Of a stretch of 64,000 nucleotides of DNA, positions 24,382 to 34,800 are shown piece by piece. Under the pieces are notes generated by a model. The model saw only the letters and a program-made list of their open reading frames with translations. It did no database searches and was not told the origin of the DNA. The translations under genes and the position numbers were made by a program. Source of the stretch: Amoebophrya sp. A120 (Eukaryota > Protista > Dinoflagellata); contig CAJINV010000001.1 of the NCBI GenBank assembly GCA_905178155.1, positions 1,166,606 through 1,230,605 on the forward strand. Reading direction: 5' to 3'. Numbering within the stretch: the first letter of the stretch is position 1; each line of letters starts with the position of its first letter.

Positions 24382-27168
24382 ATGGCGTTCGTCCGTCGCG
24401 CGTCGCGGCACCGGGCGAGTTTAGGAGACGCCGAGTTCCCCTACGAGGCCGGGCGGTATGTGCTCTACGTCTCCTACGCCTGCCCGTGGGCGAATCGGGC
24501 CGCGCTGGTGGCGAAACTGAAAGGTTTGGACGAGAAAGTTCTTCCAGTCGTGTCCGTGCACCCGATACGCATTGCACATGTATTTGGATCCTCTGATGGA
24601 ACAGGCCAACTTGTCATGCCAAATCTGAATCATGCAAAAATCTGTGTTGCATGATTACCAAAAGCTGTGCCTTTTTTACCGACTTGAGATGTGATTTCTC
24701 ATGCAGGAAATGCATCACAAAGATCCCACCGGATCTGTCATGCTAGGTCCTGGGGATTCCAGTCCTCATGGGTCACGTAAAACCTGCATGACAAGTTGAC
24801 ATATTACCAGAGCACCCGCACATACTTGCAATGCATACCCCACGTGGCAGCGTACGAAGCCGGGCGTGGACTCGCACTGCGGCTGGGTGTTCCGCGCGCC
24901 GGGGGAAGGGGTGGTCCCCCTCGCTCTCCTCGACAACGTCACCGCACAGGAGGGCAAGGTGGCTAAGGGTTCCGCACTGAACGAGGTCAGTGCGGCGGGC
25001 GAGGTGGGCAAGCAGACCGAAATCCGCACGGCGAACTGCGGGGTGGACAGCTATTCGGGCTGGAACTGCCGCACGCTGCGCGAACTCTACGAGAAGTGCG
25101 GGGATTCGCTCGAGACCGGGGGAAAATTCACCACGCCGCTGTTGTTCGACCGGAAACAGTATGAATTACAAATATGTCTGGGTCTGGAAGAGTGCAGACA
25201 TCTGTGATGCAGTTTTTCCGCAGCCCAGATCGTCTGGCATGCAAGCCCTAGCATCACAGATTCCGAGTAGGTATCCCGATGCCTAAACCGCATGACAAAT
25301 GCCCCCTTTCTGTAACAGGGAATGGGGCCTTTTGCTGACTATGCATGGCAGATTTTGTCATGATGTAGAATTTGCATCACAAATTCGAATCCATCCAGAC
25401 CCAGACGTATTTGCAGGGGATAGACAGCGCAAAATCGTGAATAACGAGTCCTCGGAAATCATTCTATCAAGAAGAAACATCCCCCCTCCCCATATCAAAT
25501 CGGAAATCTGTGATGCAGATTTGTGGCCACAAATCAGCTCATTCATGCTAGAAGGGAAAAGATGTGGACTGTAGTGCTGGATGGCGTAGGAAAGCATTGC
25601 ATCTTCAGCATGACAGGACGCAGCTGGAAGTGGGAAGCAGCATGACAAATTGCCTGCAAACGAGGCCACAACTGCGGCCCTTGGCCTTCTAGCATTACAA
25701 GTCGATTTGTGTACTCAAATACAGCATCACAAGTTTCGCTTTCGATATGGGGTGGGGAGATTTTTCCTTTTGATAAATTCTGCAGCTGAACAACTGGCCG
25801 GCCGACGCGAGCAACGGTGCGACCACCGGAAGTGTGGACTTGTGTATGATCGGAAATAGAGAAGGCGTCGCTTTGCATTTTTGTAGACTGGAGGTAAAGC
25901 AGCTCCTGGTTTCGTTGCTGAGGACGAGAATTTTTTTATGCGCAATATACCGATTCACTTTCAACACAGTCCGAATTTCCGGTCGGAGTAGAGGATCAAG
26001 ATTACCGTAGCAAAAATCTGCACTATCGCACATAGAAAGTTGAGAAGCAATCCTTTATTTTCCCGATCCATACACGACCCTCTTCATTTGAAGAAGGATA
26101 TCGACGAGTGGAACGAGTTCACCTACGACCGCATCAACGACGGCGTGTACCAGTGCGGGTTATCCTGTGTGAAAACGTCTCCACCCCATACTCAAGATGG
26201 TAGATCTGCTACACAAATCAAGGAACTTTGTGCGGTTCGCATGACAAATTTTTATAGACACCTAGTGCAGCAGTGTTTGGCTATATTAAGTACAACAATA
26301 CGCATCACACGTTGACCGTCTGATGCTGATTAGAGCATGACAAATTCGTCCGAAACCGCACTAGAAAATGCATCTCATCGGGCTGCGCATGCGAAAGGTT
26401 TTCCGCATGCACTTTCTGCATGACGGGGACGTTTTTACCCAGCATACTGCTTTGCGCGCACCCAGGTCGCGTACGACCGGGCGGTGGATAAACTTGCGAC
26501 CAGCATGCAGAAGCTCGAGGACCGGTTTGCGGAGGAACCAAGCCGCGCGTTTCTGGTCGGCGACCAGCTCACGATCGCCGACGTCCGGCTGTTCCAAACT
26601 TTAGTATTAAAATGAAAAATGCCCCCTCCACCCCAGAACTTGGCAGCATTTGTATTGCAAACCTTTCCAATACTAGAAACACTCCCTTTCCTGCATATAC
26701 CAGCATCGCAAATTTTCCATGCTGACTAGCCCAAAATCTGTATTGCAAAGAGCCCAGCACCCGCCGAATCTGTTATGCAGAAGATACCTTGCGCACCTAG
26801 AAGATTCTGCATCAGAACCACTCGTAGTCCTTTCATGCAAGACAAAGAGTTTTCATTTGGAAACTTTGCATCAGAAACTTTTGCAAATTATGGGGTGGGG
26901 GCGCTTTTCATTGTAATACTTGGTTCGCATGGACGAGTGCTACGTGATCTATTTCAAGTGCTACGCCGCGAGTCTGCGAAATTTCCCACTCCTCTTGCGG
27001 TACACCGCGCGGATCTACCAGATGCCCGAGGTCCAGGCGTGCACCTTTGTCCGGGACTGCAAAATCCACTATTTCACCTCGCACCCGCACCTGAATGCGT
27101 TCGCCGTGGTCCCGCGGGATTCACAGGTCGTCGAATTGCTGGAGCAACCACCCGACACGCTGATCTAA
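24382..27168 (+). CDS. Glutathionyl-hydroquinone reductase / Xi-class glutathione transferase (ECM4/YqjG family)
   Basis: GRYVLYVSYACPWANR, FTTPLLFD, IVNNESSEII, DLYP...IDEWN, INDGVYQCGFARTQ, LTIADVRLFQTLVRMD, IHYFTSHPHLN; six introners. Confidence 0.93.
24566..24837. mobile_element. Introner, diverged family A (starts TAC)
   Basis: DR CCCGA/CCCCA; restores VHP-TWQR. Confidence 0.8.
25160..25422. mobile_element. Introner, family A
   Basis: DR AACAG/GACAG. Confidence 0.88.
25465..25775. mobile_element. Introner, family C
   Basis: DR CATTC/AATTC. Confidence 0.9.
25845..26072. mobile_element. Old introner (TATGATCGGAAATA...TATTTTCCCGATCCATA), DR decayed
   Basis: Residual TIR; removal of 25844-26076 gives conserved DLYP. 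Confidence 0.75.
26161..26446. mobile_element. Introner, family B (TIR TATCCTGTGTAAAAACGTCCCCACCCC type)
   Basis: DR CGGGT/CTGCT; restores YQCG-FARTQ. Confidence 0.85.
26605..26918. mobile_element. Introner, family E (TIR TATTA(A/C)AATGAAAA..GCCCCC)
   Basis: DR TTTAG/CTTGG; restores FQTL-VRMD. Confidence 0.85.
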
Positions 27169-28825
27169 TATCCACGGTACAGAGGACGGTTGGACTTGGA
27201 GGGAAGAAGGGCAAGGTTTGTCATGCGGTGAAAGGTTGATGAGGTTCTTTCGCTCAAGGAGAGACAGTTACAGCAAGTGTCTCTGATTCGTTAGAACGCA
27301 TGCATGAGTCGGGCATTGGAATCTCATTTTGCATCTTCCTTTTAGTTTTATCGCATGATAAACTTCATGCCTTTATTCCGCCCCAGCACGTCGGCCTTTT
27401 CCGGACGATACAGGCTCCAAGAGTGGCGCGTCGAAGGGTCTACTCGGCTTTTTGCGAGATTTTTTCACAAAGCGAATATGTTGAGGGCGCAGTTCTTCCG
27501 CGGGAGTTGTGGCCGAAAGTGTTTCAGTTAATTTCGAGATAAACTACCAGTTTAAGAACCAACTCTGTCACGTGGCAATGCTACCACCAGCACGGGCAAG
27601 AATGCGCAGGGCCTATTTTTCTTTTTGCGGTTGTGCTGGGGCTGCTAGTACAACTGCTGTGATGGAACAACGAACAGGCATGGCACAGGATGACGCGGAA
27701 CAAGCGCATGGATAGAATTTACACGACTTTTTGAAGGATAAGAAAAGTACAGACGGCGCGGTGATACCGCTAGAGTTGTTCTTGATACCAGTGGACGAAA
27801 GTGGTGAAGTTGTTGTAGCTACTTTGACCACTAGAATAAGGAATCAGAATCCAACTACACGCTAGCCATTGCTCGTACCACCCTCGCTGGAATTCTTACG
27901 CTCATCCAGCGCATTTCGATCTGATGCTGGTCGGAAAATGTCCATGAAAAGCGTTTCATGCAGCAATACCGCGGTTTGGTGAAGGAAAGCCCTGCACTTC
28001 CAGTGGGTCCGGCTGTAGCAGTTTCAGAATAGCGTTCAGAACGAGCGGATGGCACTGTCGTTGAAAAATTTTCTTTGCGGAGATGTTTCGTGTCCAGATT
28101 CCAGAACCACACGGCAGGGAAACGATGCGGATCAAAGGTTTCGCTCACATCGGAAAAGTAGCACGAGCGTGTTCAGAAGATTTTCTAGCAGATCGTCTTA
28201 TGCACTCACTGTTCGTTGTTGCTTCGGTACCACGAATTTCCCGATCTCCCTTCATGTTGGTCATCTACTTCTCTGATCTTGTTTTTTCTGCTAAAAGGAG
28301 TCGATGAGCCCGGATCATTTTTCAGGCAGGGCAGACGTCAAGGCTGGTTCTCCTCTGATCTCTGATCCCATATCTTGCAGCTCACGTTGAGCGTGCCATA
28401 CGAGCACTTTGTTTTTGTTGATCGTGTGGTCGATCTTGGACTTTCTCTTTTTCGCTTGCTTTTGGTTCCACCTTCTGTGTTTTTGTGCAAGTTCGTTTGG
28501 ATCTTCCTTGTTCCGTGTCGATTTCATAGGAGGGTTTCGGAATGGTCTTGTGGAATCGGTGAACTACTACATGGCTACCAACGAACGCGTCGTGGTGTCA
28601 GATTTTTTTGCTGCTTTGAAGCAAACGTTTAGTTGTAGTGTTAGTTGATAGACAACAGTATAGGCGAGACTAACTTCACATCTCCATTTTCATCACACAA
28701 ACATTTGGAGAAATAATTTCTCAGGTCCTGCTTCACACCCGATGAGGGAAATTTCCGAAAAGAGCCCCTCGTGCTAGCGGAGTTGCCAGCGAAGAATATT
28801 ATCGCGCGTACGAGGACCAGCAGCT

Positions 28826-31800
28826 ATGGGGTCGTCGTGGCGGCAGCGCCTCTGGTCCTCCAGGAGTGCGCTGCACAACGTCGTACTGTTTTCCGCGTGT
28901 CTCGTGACTAACTGGTTGGTTTCGTGGGACAGCAGCTTCGACGATGCGGATGTGGAAGACGATTTCCGTTTCCACCTCTCAAGAACAGGAGCTGCGCCGT
29001 TTGTCTCCTTCATACAACAAAATGATGAAAACAACTCCAACTCGCGTCGGACTTTCAGCGCCAGAGACGCCAGCGAAAATCTCGAGCGGCTGTCGTCACG
29101 TGCGCGTGAGCTGCTGACCGAGCTGGCTGCAGTAAGGGAGCAGCAGGGACGGGTGTCGGCTAAGGTTGATAGCGGGAAAGGAACTTCTCTGGCTCGGGGA
29201 GGCGAGTGCAAGTTTGAGGAGTCAGGGGAACTGTTTCGCGGGCAAGCATCTTCAGTGCAAAGTGCGAACGTCACATGTACGAATGAGAAGGAAGTGGCAG
29301 ATTTCGCCGAGACAAGAATAGGACGGGAGAGCCAGAACGCATCGCAGGACCGCTGCACAGGGGCGCCTCGTGGTATGCCGGGGACGACTCCAGAGAATCA
29401 CATTTCTACGACGGTACGCCATATTCAGGACAGGATTGCGGGACTGCTAGCGAAGCTAGGTAGCCGGGAGCAATCACCTCAGGGCGATTTTTTGCAATCT
29501 GAGGATACACACCATGACTGCACAAAGGATGTTCCTGAAACATCTGGTGAACAGGAGTGTAATACTGCTGCTGCTGCTGCACAAGGGAATAACATTCCTT
29601 CTTCCCACACACAATGTCGATTTCCTACGAAAAGAACAATAGCCACACCAGGAAGTAGCATAGCGGCGTTTCCTCTCGGAGAAGACAGGTCGGGTGCAGC
29701 ACTCGTAACCGCTGACGCTGACCCGTGTCGGCCCACGGGAACTAGATCCTCAACACCTGCCGCACCGCAAAGCAGGGCCGAGCATTCATCAAAAAGGAAG
29801 ACCACTAGTACACGACCGTCTTTGGTGTTTGCCACTGCCTACGCGTATTTCCCGCGGCTTCCGTGCAAGCGGTACGAGAGTGAGATGTTCAACGTGCACA
29901 CGGAATTTGAGGATTTGCTGAAGGACTTCCTGAAGATGTACGACAGTTATGCGGACCCCGTTGTGGAAGTCATGGACGCCGTGGTCCTGCACCAGATCAC
30001 GTCGATCAGCGAATCCTTTCTGAAAATCATCGAGAGCTACCGCCTCATCCTCTGCACCACGTTGTGTGCCGAGAGCTGCCACTTCGGCGGGCCCGATGGC
30101 TACGGGGTACGGCGTGGTGGTTTGGTGCGTCGGATCTCTGCTCGTCGTGATAGTGTTATAATGCAGTGGGTGCTGCTGGACGAGCGATAGCTTTTTCATG
30201 AGAGGAAACTGCTCTTGCGTCATAGCTTGAAGCAATTGCAAAATGAGCTGCAGCATGTGAATCAATAAAGTTGATGATAATGTGCAAAAACGACCACACC
30301 CAGTTGTTTCACAGAGTGCCACGACGACGAGAGTTTCTGATCTTTTTCGATTCGATACACGACCTACTGGATTGACCACTGGATCACGGAGTTGCACCGA
30401 AATGTGGAGGTGATCAGTGACAAAGACCACTGGAAGGAGCAGGTGAAGCTCTTCATGTTCGAGACCTGGACGGGCATCCGCGAGTGGCTGGAGCGCGTGG
30501 TGTCCACGGGCCGCATCCAGGAGGACGACTTTGAGCAGGTGGTTGGCGGCGCGCGGGAGATCTACACGGGCATGATCCGCCCGGCTTTCTCCATTCTGGT
30601 CACGCAGAACTCGCACAATATGAGCCACATCCTGACCATCGGCAAAGACGCGCGCACCACGACCGGCTGGCTCCAGGGCGTATCAAATGCAAAAGTGTCT
30701 GGGTCTGGAAGAATGCAAGATTTGTCATGCATATTTCTCATGACCCATGATGCCTGTAATGCATGACCTAGCATCGCAGTCTTTTAGAGGGCTTCCTGAT
30801 GCACCTTCCGCATGAGAAATGCCCTGTTCTTGTAGCACACATTGTATCCCTCTTGCTGGTCATGCGATACAAATTTTTTTGGAATCCAAAAACAGCATGA
30901 CAAGTTGCAATCTTCCAGACCCAGACATTTTTGCATTTGATAGGGCGACATGCCGCACCACAACGTGTTTACCTTGATGGAGCAGCCGCGGAAGGCGTTG
31001 CTGTCCCCGAACTTGTATCAAATGTAAAAATGTCTGGGTCTGGAAGAGTCATCCTGTTTTTGCATGACACAGAAGGTCTGGCTTGGAAGCTCTAGCATCA
31101 CAGGCTTCGAGAAGCTTCCGCAATGCCGATTCCGCATGACAGACCCCCCATTTTGGTGACAGAAAGCGGGCACCTTTTGCTACCTATGCATGAGAGATTT
31201 TTCTGTGTTCTGAAATGCGCAGCACAAGTTACATCCTTCCAGACCCAGACACTTTTACACTTGATAACTTGCTGCTGAAGTCGGACGTGTGTCAGCTGGC
31301 GGAGCGCAACGGCGAGAGCACGCGGGACATGCTGCACTCCGGCGCGCTGGAACAGGACCCGGACATCATCCGGATCCTGAAGCAGATCGGCGCGCACGTG
31401 CCCCTCAGCCACGCGTTCGTCGGCTGGCGGCTCGGTGACATGGACGCCGATCTGACGGATTGCAAAGGGTATTTTTAGAATATACTACGAACAAACATCA
31501 AATAGCGCTCCTCTGGACCATTGCGCATGTTATTCGCATCAGTGAAGCGGCTCTAGCAGCGGAAAACATTTATTTGCCGTATAGGTGCTGGATGCAGAAC
31601 GTAAATCGGGACAATACTTCCGTTCTTTGTGTTGCGAAATCCATGAGTTTTTCTTCTTGAGAAAACGAGCCTTATCTAATATAATTAGGTCCGGCATTTT
31701 CTACGACCCGATCAATTGTCTGGAGGCGGAGGGTTGGGGCGGGTACATCTTCCGGGTGACCATCCGCACCGAGAAGGCGGAAGTGATAAAAGTGCCCAAG

Positions 31801-34800
31801 AGCCAGCGGTCCTCGGCGCTGATCCACCCGCTGGGGAAGCCGGACTTGTATAACGTGCTGCCGTCCATTGATTTGGTGTGGACACAGATGGTGGAGTTTT
31901 CGCCGGATTTGTTCTTTATTCACCCGGGGTGCGAGAACTGCCGCGCCCTGCAGGAACTGTTCATGACCGGGCCCATCAATCCGAAGGTGGTAATTATCCC
32001 CTTCAACCCGCTGCTGCCCCCGCCGTTCGAGGTCATCCCGCTCTGGCCTGAGTTCTGGCTGAAAAACAAGGATTTACTGCCCAAGTCCCGCATGTTCAAC
32101 ACCACACTGCCGAAGGACTACGTGCTATTCAAATGGAAAATGATGCGCACTCATGCCGAGAGCCTGGATATGTCTGTCATGCAGCTCTCGAGATTGCAGT
32201 CACGCTTGCAGCTTTGCTTCGTGCGTGCACTCGCGGCACGTCAGTGGTTTCAGTGCAGTCGAAATTTCTTTTGTGTCGAATGAGTAAAAACGCACTGACT
32301 TCTTTACATGATCTTTGTCGCGCTTTGCTTTCCTATCCATACGCCACGCCCGACGACCTGGATAGTTACATCGCGTCCCTGTTTTTCAAGACGCAGTGCT
32401 CGCTGGCCGGCGTGCAGCGGTTCTTCGAGACGAAGCTGTACGAACGGCGGCGGAAATTCATTCTCCACAGCATTGACGGGGGCTACCTGACCTACATCCG
32501 CGCGGATTTGCGGCAGTACGTGGATGACTTCGCGGTCCAAACCGTGGTGATCGACAACCGCGACGACGTGATGTGGCGCATGTGGCTGGACGGGTGGTAC
32601 TGCAATCCGTACGCGCGCTACTACGCCCGCCTGGAGATGACGGCGCTGGTGGACGTGCAGCGCCTGGCCGACCCGGAGGTGGACCTGCAGACGCGGACGG
32701 ACATTGTGTGCGACTACCTGAACTTCCACCGCATCCACATCGCCCGGAAAAAGTTTGACTGCTGGCGCACGCACATGCTCCCGAACGCCCGCGGGTGGGG
32801 CGGCGACGGCCAGGAGCGGTGGTTCGCCACCCCGGGGGCCTGCCAGCGCCACTGCAGCATGAGCGCCGGCTGCCGGTTCTGGACCTTCGACACGGTGGGG
32901 CACTACGGCAGCACGCTGTGCTGGGTGTGGATCAACAACGACCCAGACGAAATCAAGGACGAGCCCGGCTGGTGGTCGGGGAAGCACATCCGCGATTTGA
33001 CGCACCAGATCGACCACAGCGCGCTCCCCGGCGTGACGGACTCCATGCTGCGCAAGTGGGCCGTGAACGATTGGCCCATGGTCGGGGGACTCAAGTACCT
33101 GCTGGACCGCCAGAAGCGCGGCCGCTGCACCACGCAGGGCTTCTGCGAGTGCTTCCCGCCCTATCGAGGTATAAGCACTTGTATCATAGCTATTAGGGCG
33201 GTGGGCGTCGTTGTCGTCGTGTGTGGCGTGCTTTTCTGCGCTACTACGTGGAGGTTTTGGTGTGAATACCAAATTTTGTGCATGAAATGAAGCTATTGCT
33301 CCTGGCAAGGTCATCATCGTCGAGAAATCTACTTATAAAACTGGATAAAATCCAGGTCCCGCCTGTCAGCACGTGCATCCGGCGCGCCAGCCGGAGAAAC
33401 CGTTTCGTGCCATCTTGCACTACCTGGTGGACTATGGACTGCAAATATGTCTGGGTCTGGAAGATTGCGAGATTTGTCATGCTTAGTTGGCATGACTGAA
33501 GAATTTGAATTTGTGATGCGTGTCAAAGAAGAGACCCTTTTGCTTGTCAAGCAAAAGCGCAGTTTGTCATGTGGAAAGCGCAACACTAAGCTGCAGCGTA
33601 GACACGTCTCATGCTTAGCTGTGCATTACAGAGCATTCACTATTCCCAATGTAGCATTACGAGTTTCCAGACCCAGACATATTTGCATTTGATATGGACG
33701 ACGTGGAGGCGGACGTGACTGATTTGACGTATTCCCTTCCGCGACTGTTATCAACTGCAAATATGTCTGGGTCTGGAAAAGTGGAAGTTGTAATGCGTGT
33801 CTTGTATTCCTAGAAAATCTGTGTTGCGTGAGCAGCAGCAGAGCCGTTTCCTTTGTCATGTAAAGTCGCAGTGTGTAATGCGTGCTAGACATCAGAAAGC
33901 GTCTCAAAAACTTGTCATGCTTGGCTGCCATTGCAATCGTTGCGTTCAGCTGCAAATCAGCATCACAGGTTTCCAGACCCAACCTTATTTGCATTTGATA
34001 ACTGTGGGAACGGTACAACAAGCACCACGACTACGAAGTGGTGCTGTTCCACGACGGCATGAGCATGGCCAGCCGGTCGCGCATCGTGGAGAGCAGTCAG
34101 AACCGGGTCTGGTTTGCCTTCTATCAACTGTAAAAATGTCTGGGTCTGGAAGAATGCAACTTGTCATGCTAAATCTGCAGCATGCAAAAATCTGTGTTGC
34201 ATGATTACCAAAAGTCGTCCAGTTTTGACCAAGTCGGGGGGTAGTTTCTCATGCAGGATAGGCATTAGAAAGGTCTCGCAGAATCTGTCATGCTAGGTCC
34301 TGCATTCCAGACCTCATGGGTCATGGAAAAGCAGCATGACAAATCGCGCATTCTTCCAGACCCAGACATTTTTACATTTGATACCTTCGTGGAAGATTTC
34401 AAAAAGGTCGACGAGTCCGTGCTGATGAAGAAGAAACAGAAGGCCCGGCTGAAGGAGGTAGAGTTGTTGGACCTGTGTTTATTTTCAACAAACCCAGATG
34501 ATCATGATTCTTCACTGCAATATAGAGCTGTGCTGACTTGATGCATGAGAAAAGATAAAGATTTGTTGTGCGTTTCGAGGCGTCAAATGTATCAGAAGCG
34601 CACGCTGTAGTTTTTTAACTTAAACAAGCTGATGCTCCTCTGCGAATCAGGTCAAATGGTCGATTGGATACCGAGGGATGTGCAAGTTCCGTTCGGGCAC
34701 CATGTTTCTGCAGCCGGTACGGTATTGAGAAAAAGACTTCCTGCGTCCTGCTCTCTAGTAGGTCGTCAAGGGGATGAAAAAAAGATACTAATGCTTTTGT

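Noticed and set aside
27660-27860. Protein-like frame MEQRTG...AHG*NLHDFLKDKK... reading through a TAG, suggesting stop-codon reassignment or a pseudogene
   Set aside because: No recognisable homology. The well-supported genes have no in-frame stops and end at TAA/TAG/TGA, so there is no evidence for a variant code.
32304-33317. Long minus-strand ORFs (also 3308-4084, 16850-17659, 29789-30628)
   Set aside because: Antisense shadows of GC3-rich + strand exons.
33433-34383. Regularly spaced repeats with unique spacers, CRISPR-like
   Set aside because: The repeats are inverted pairs bounding ~250-bp elements, the spacers are coding exons, no cas genes are present and the context is eukaryotic.
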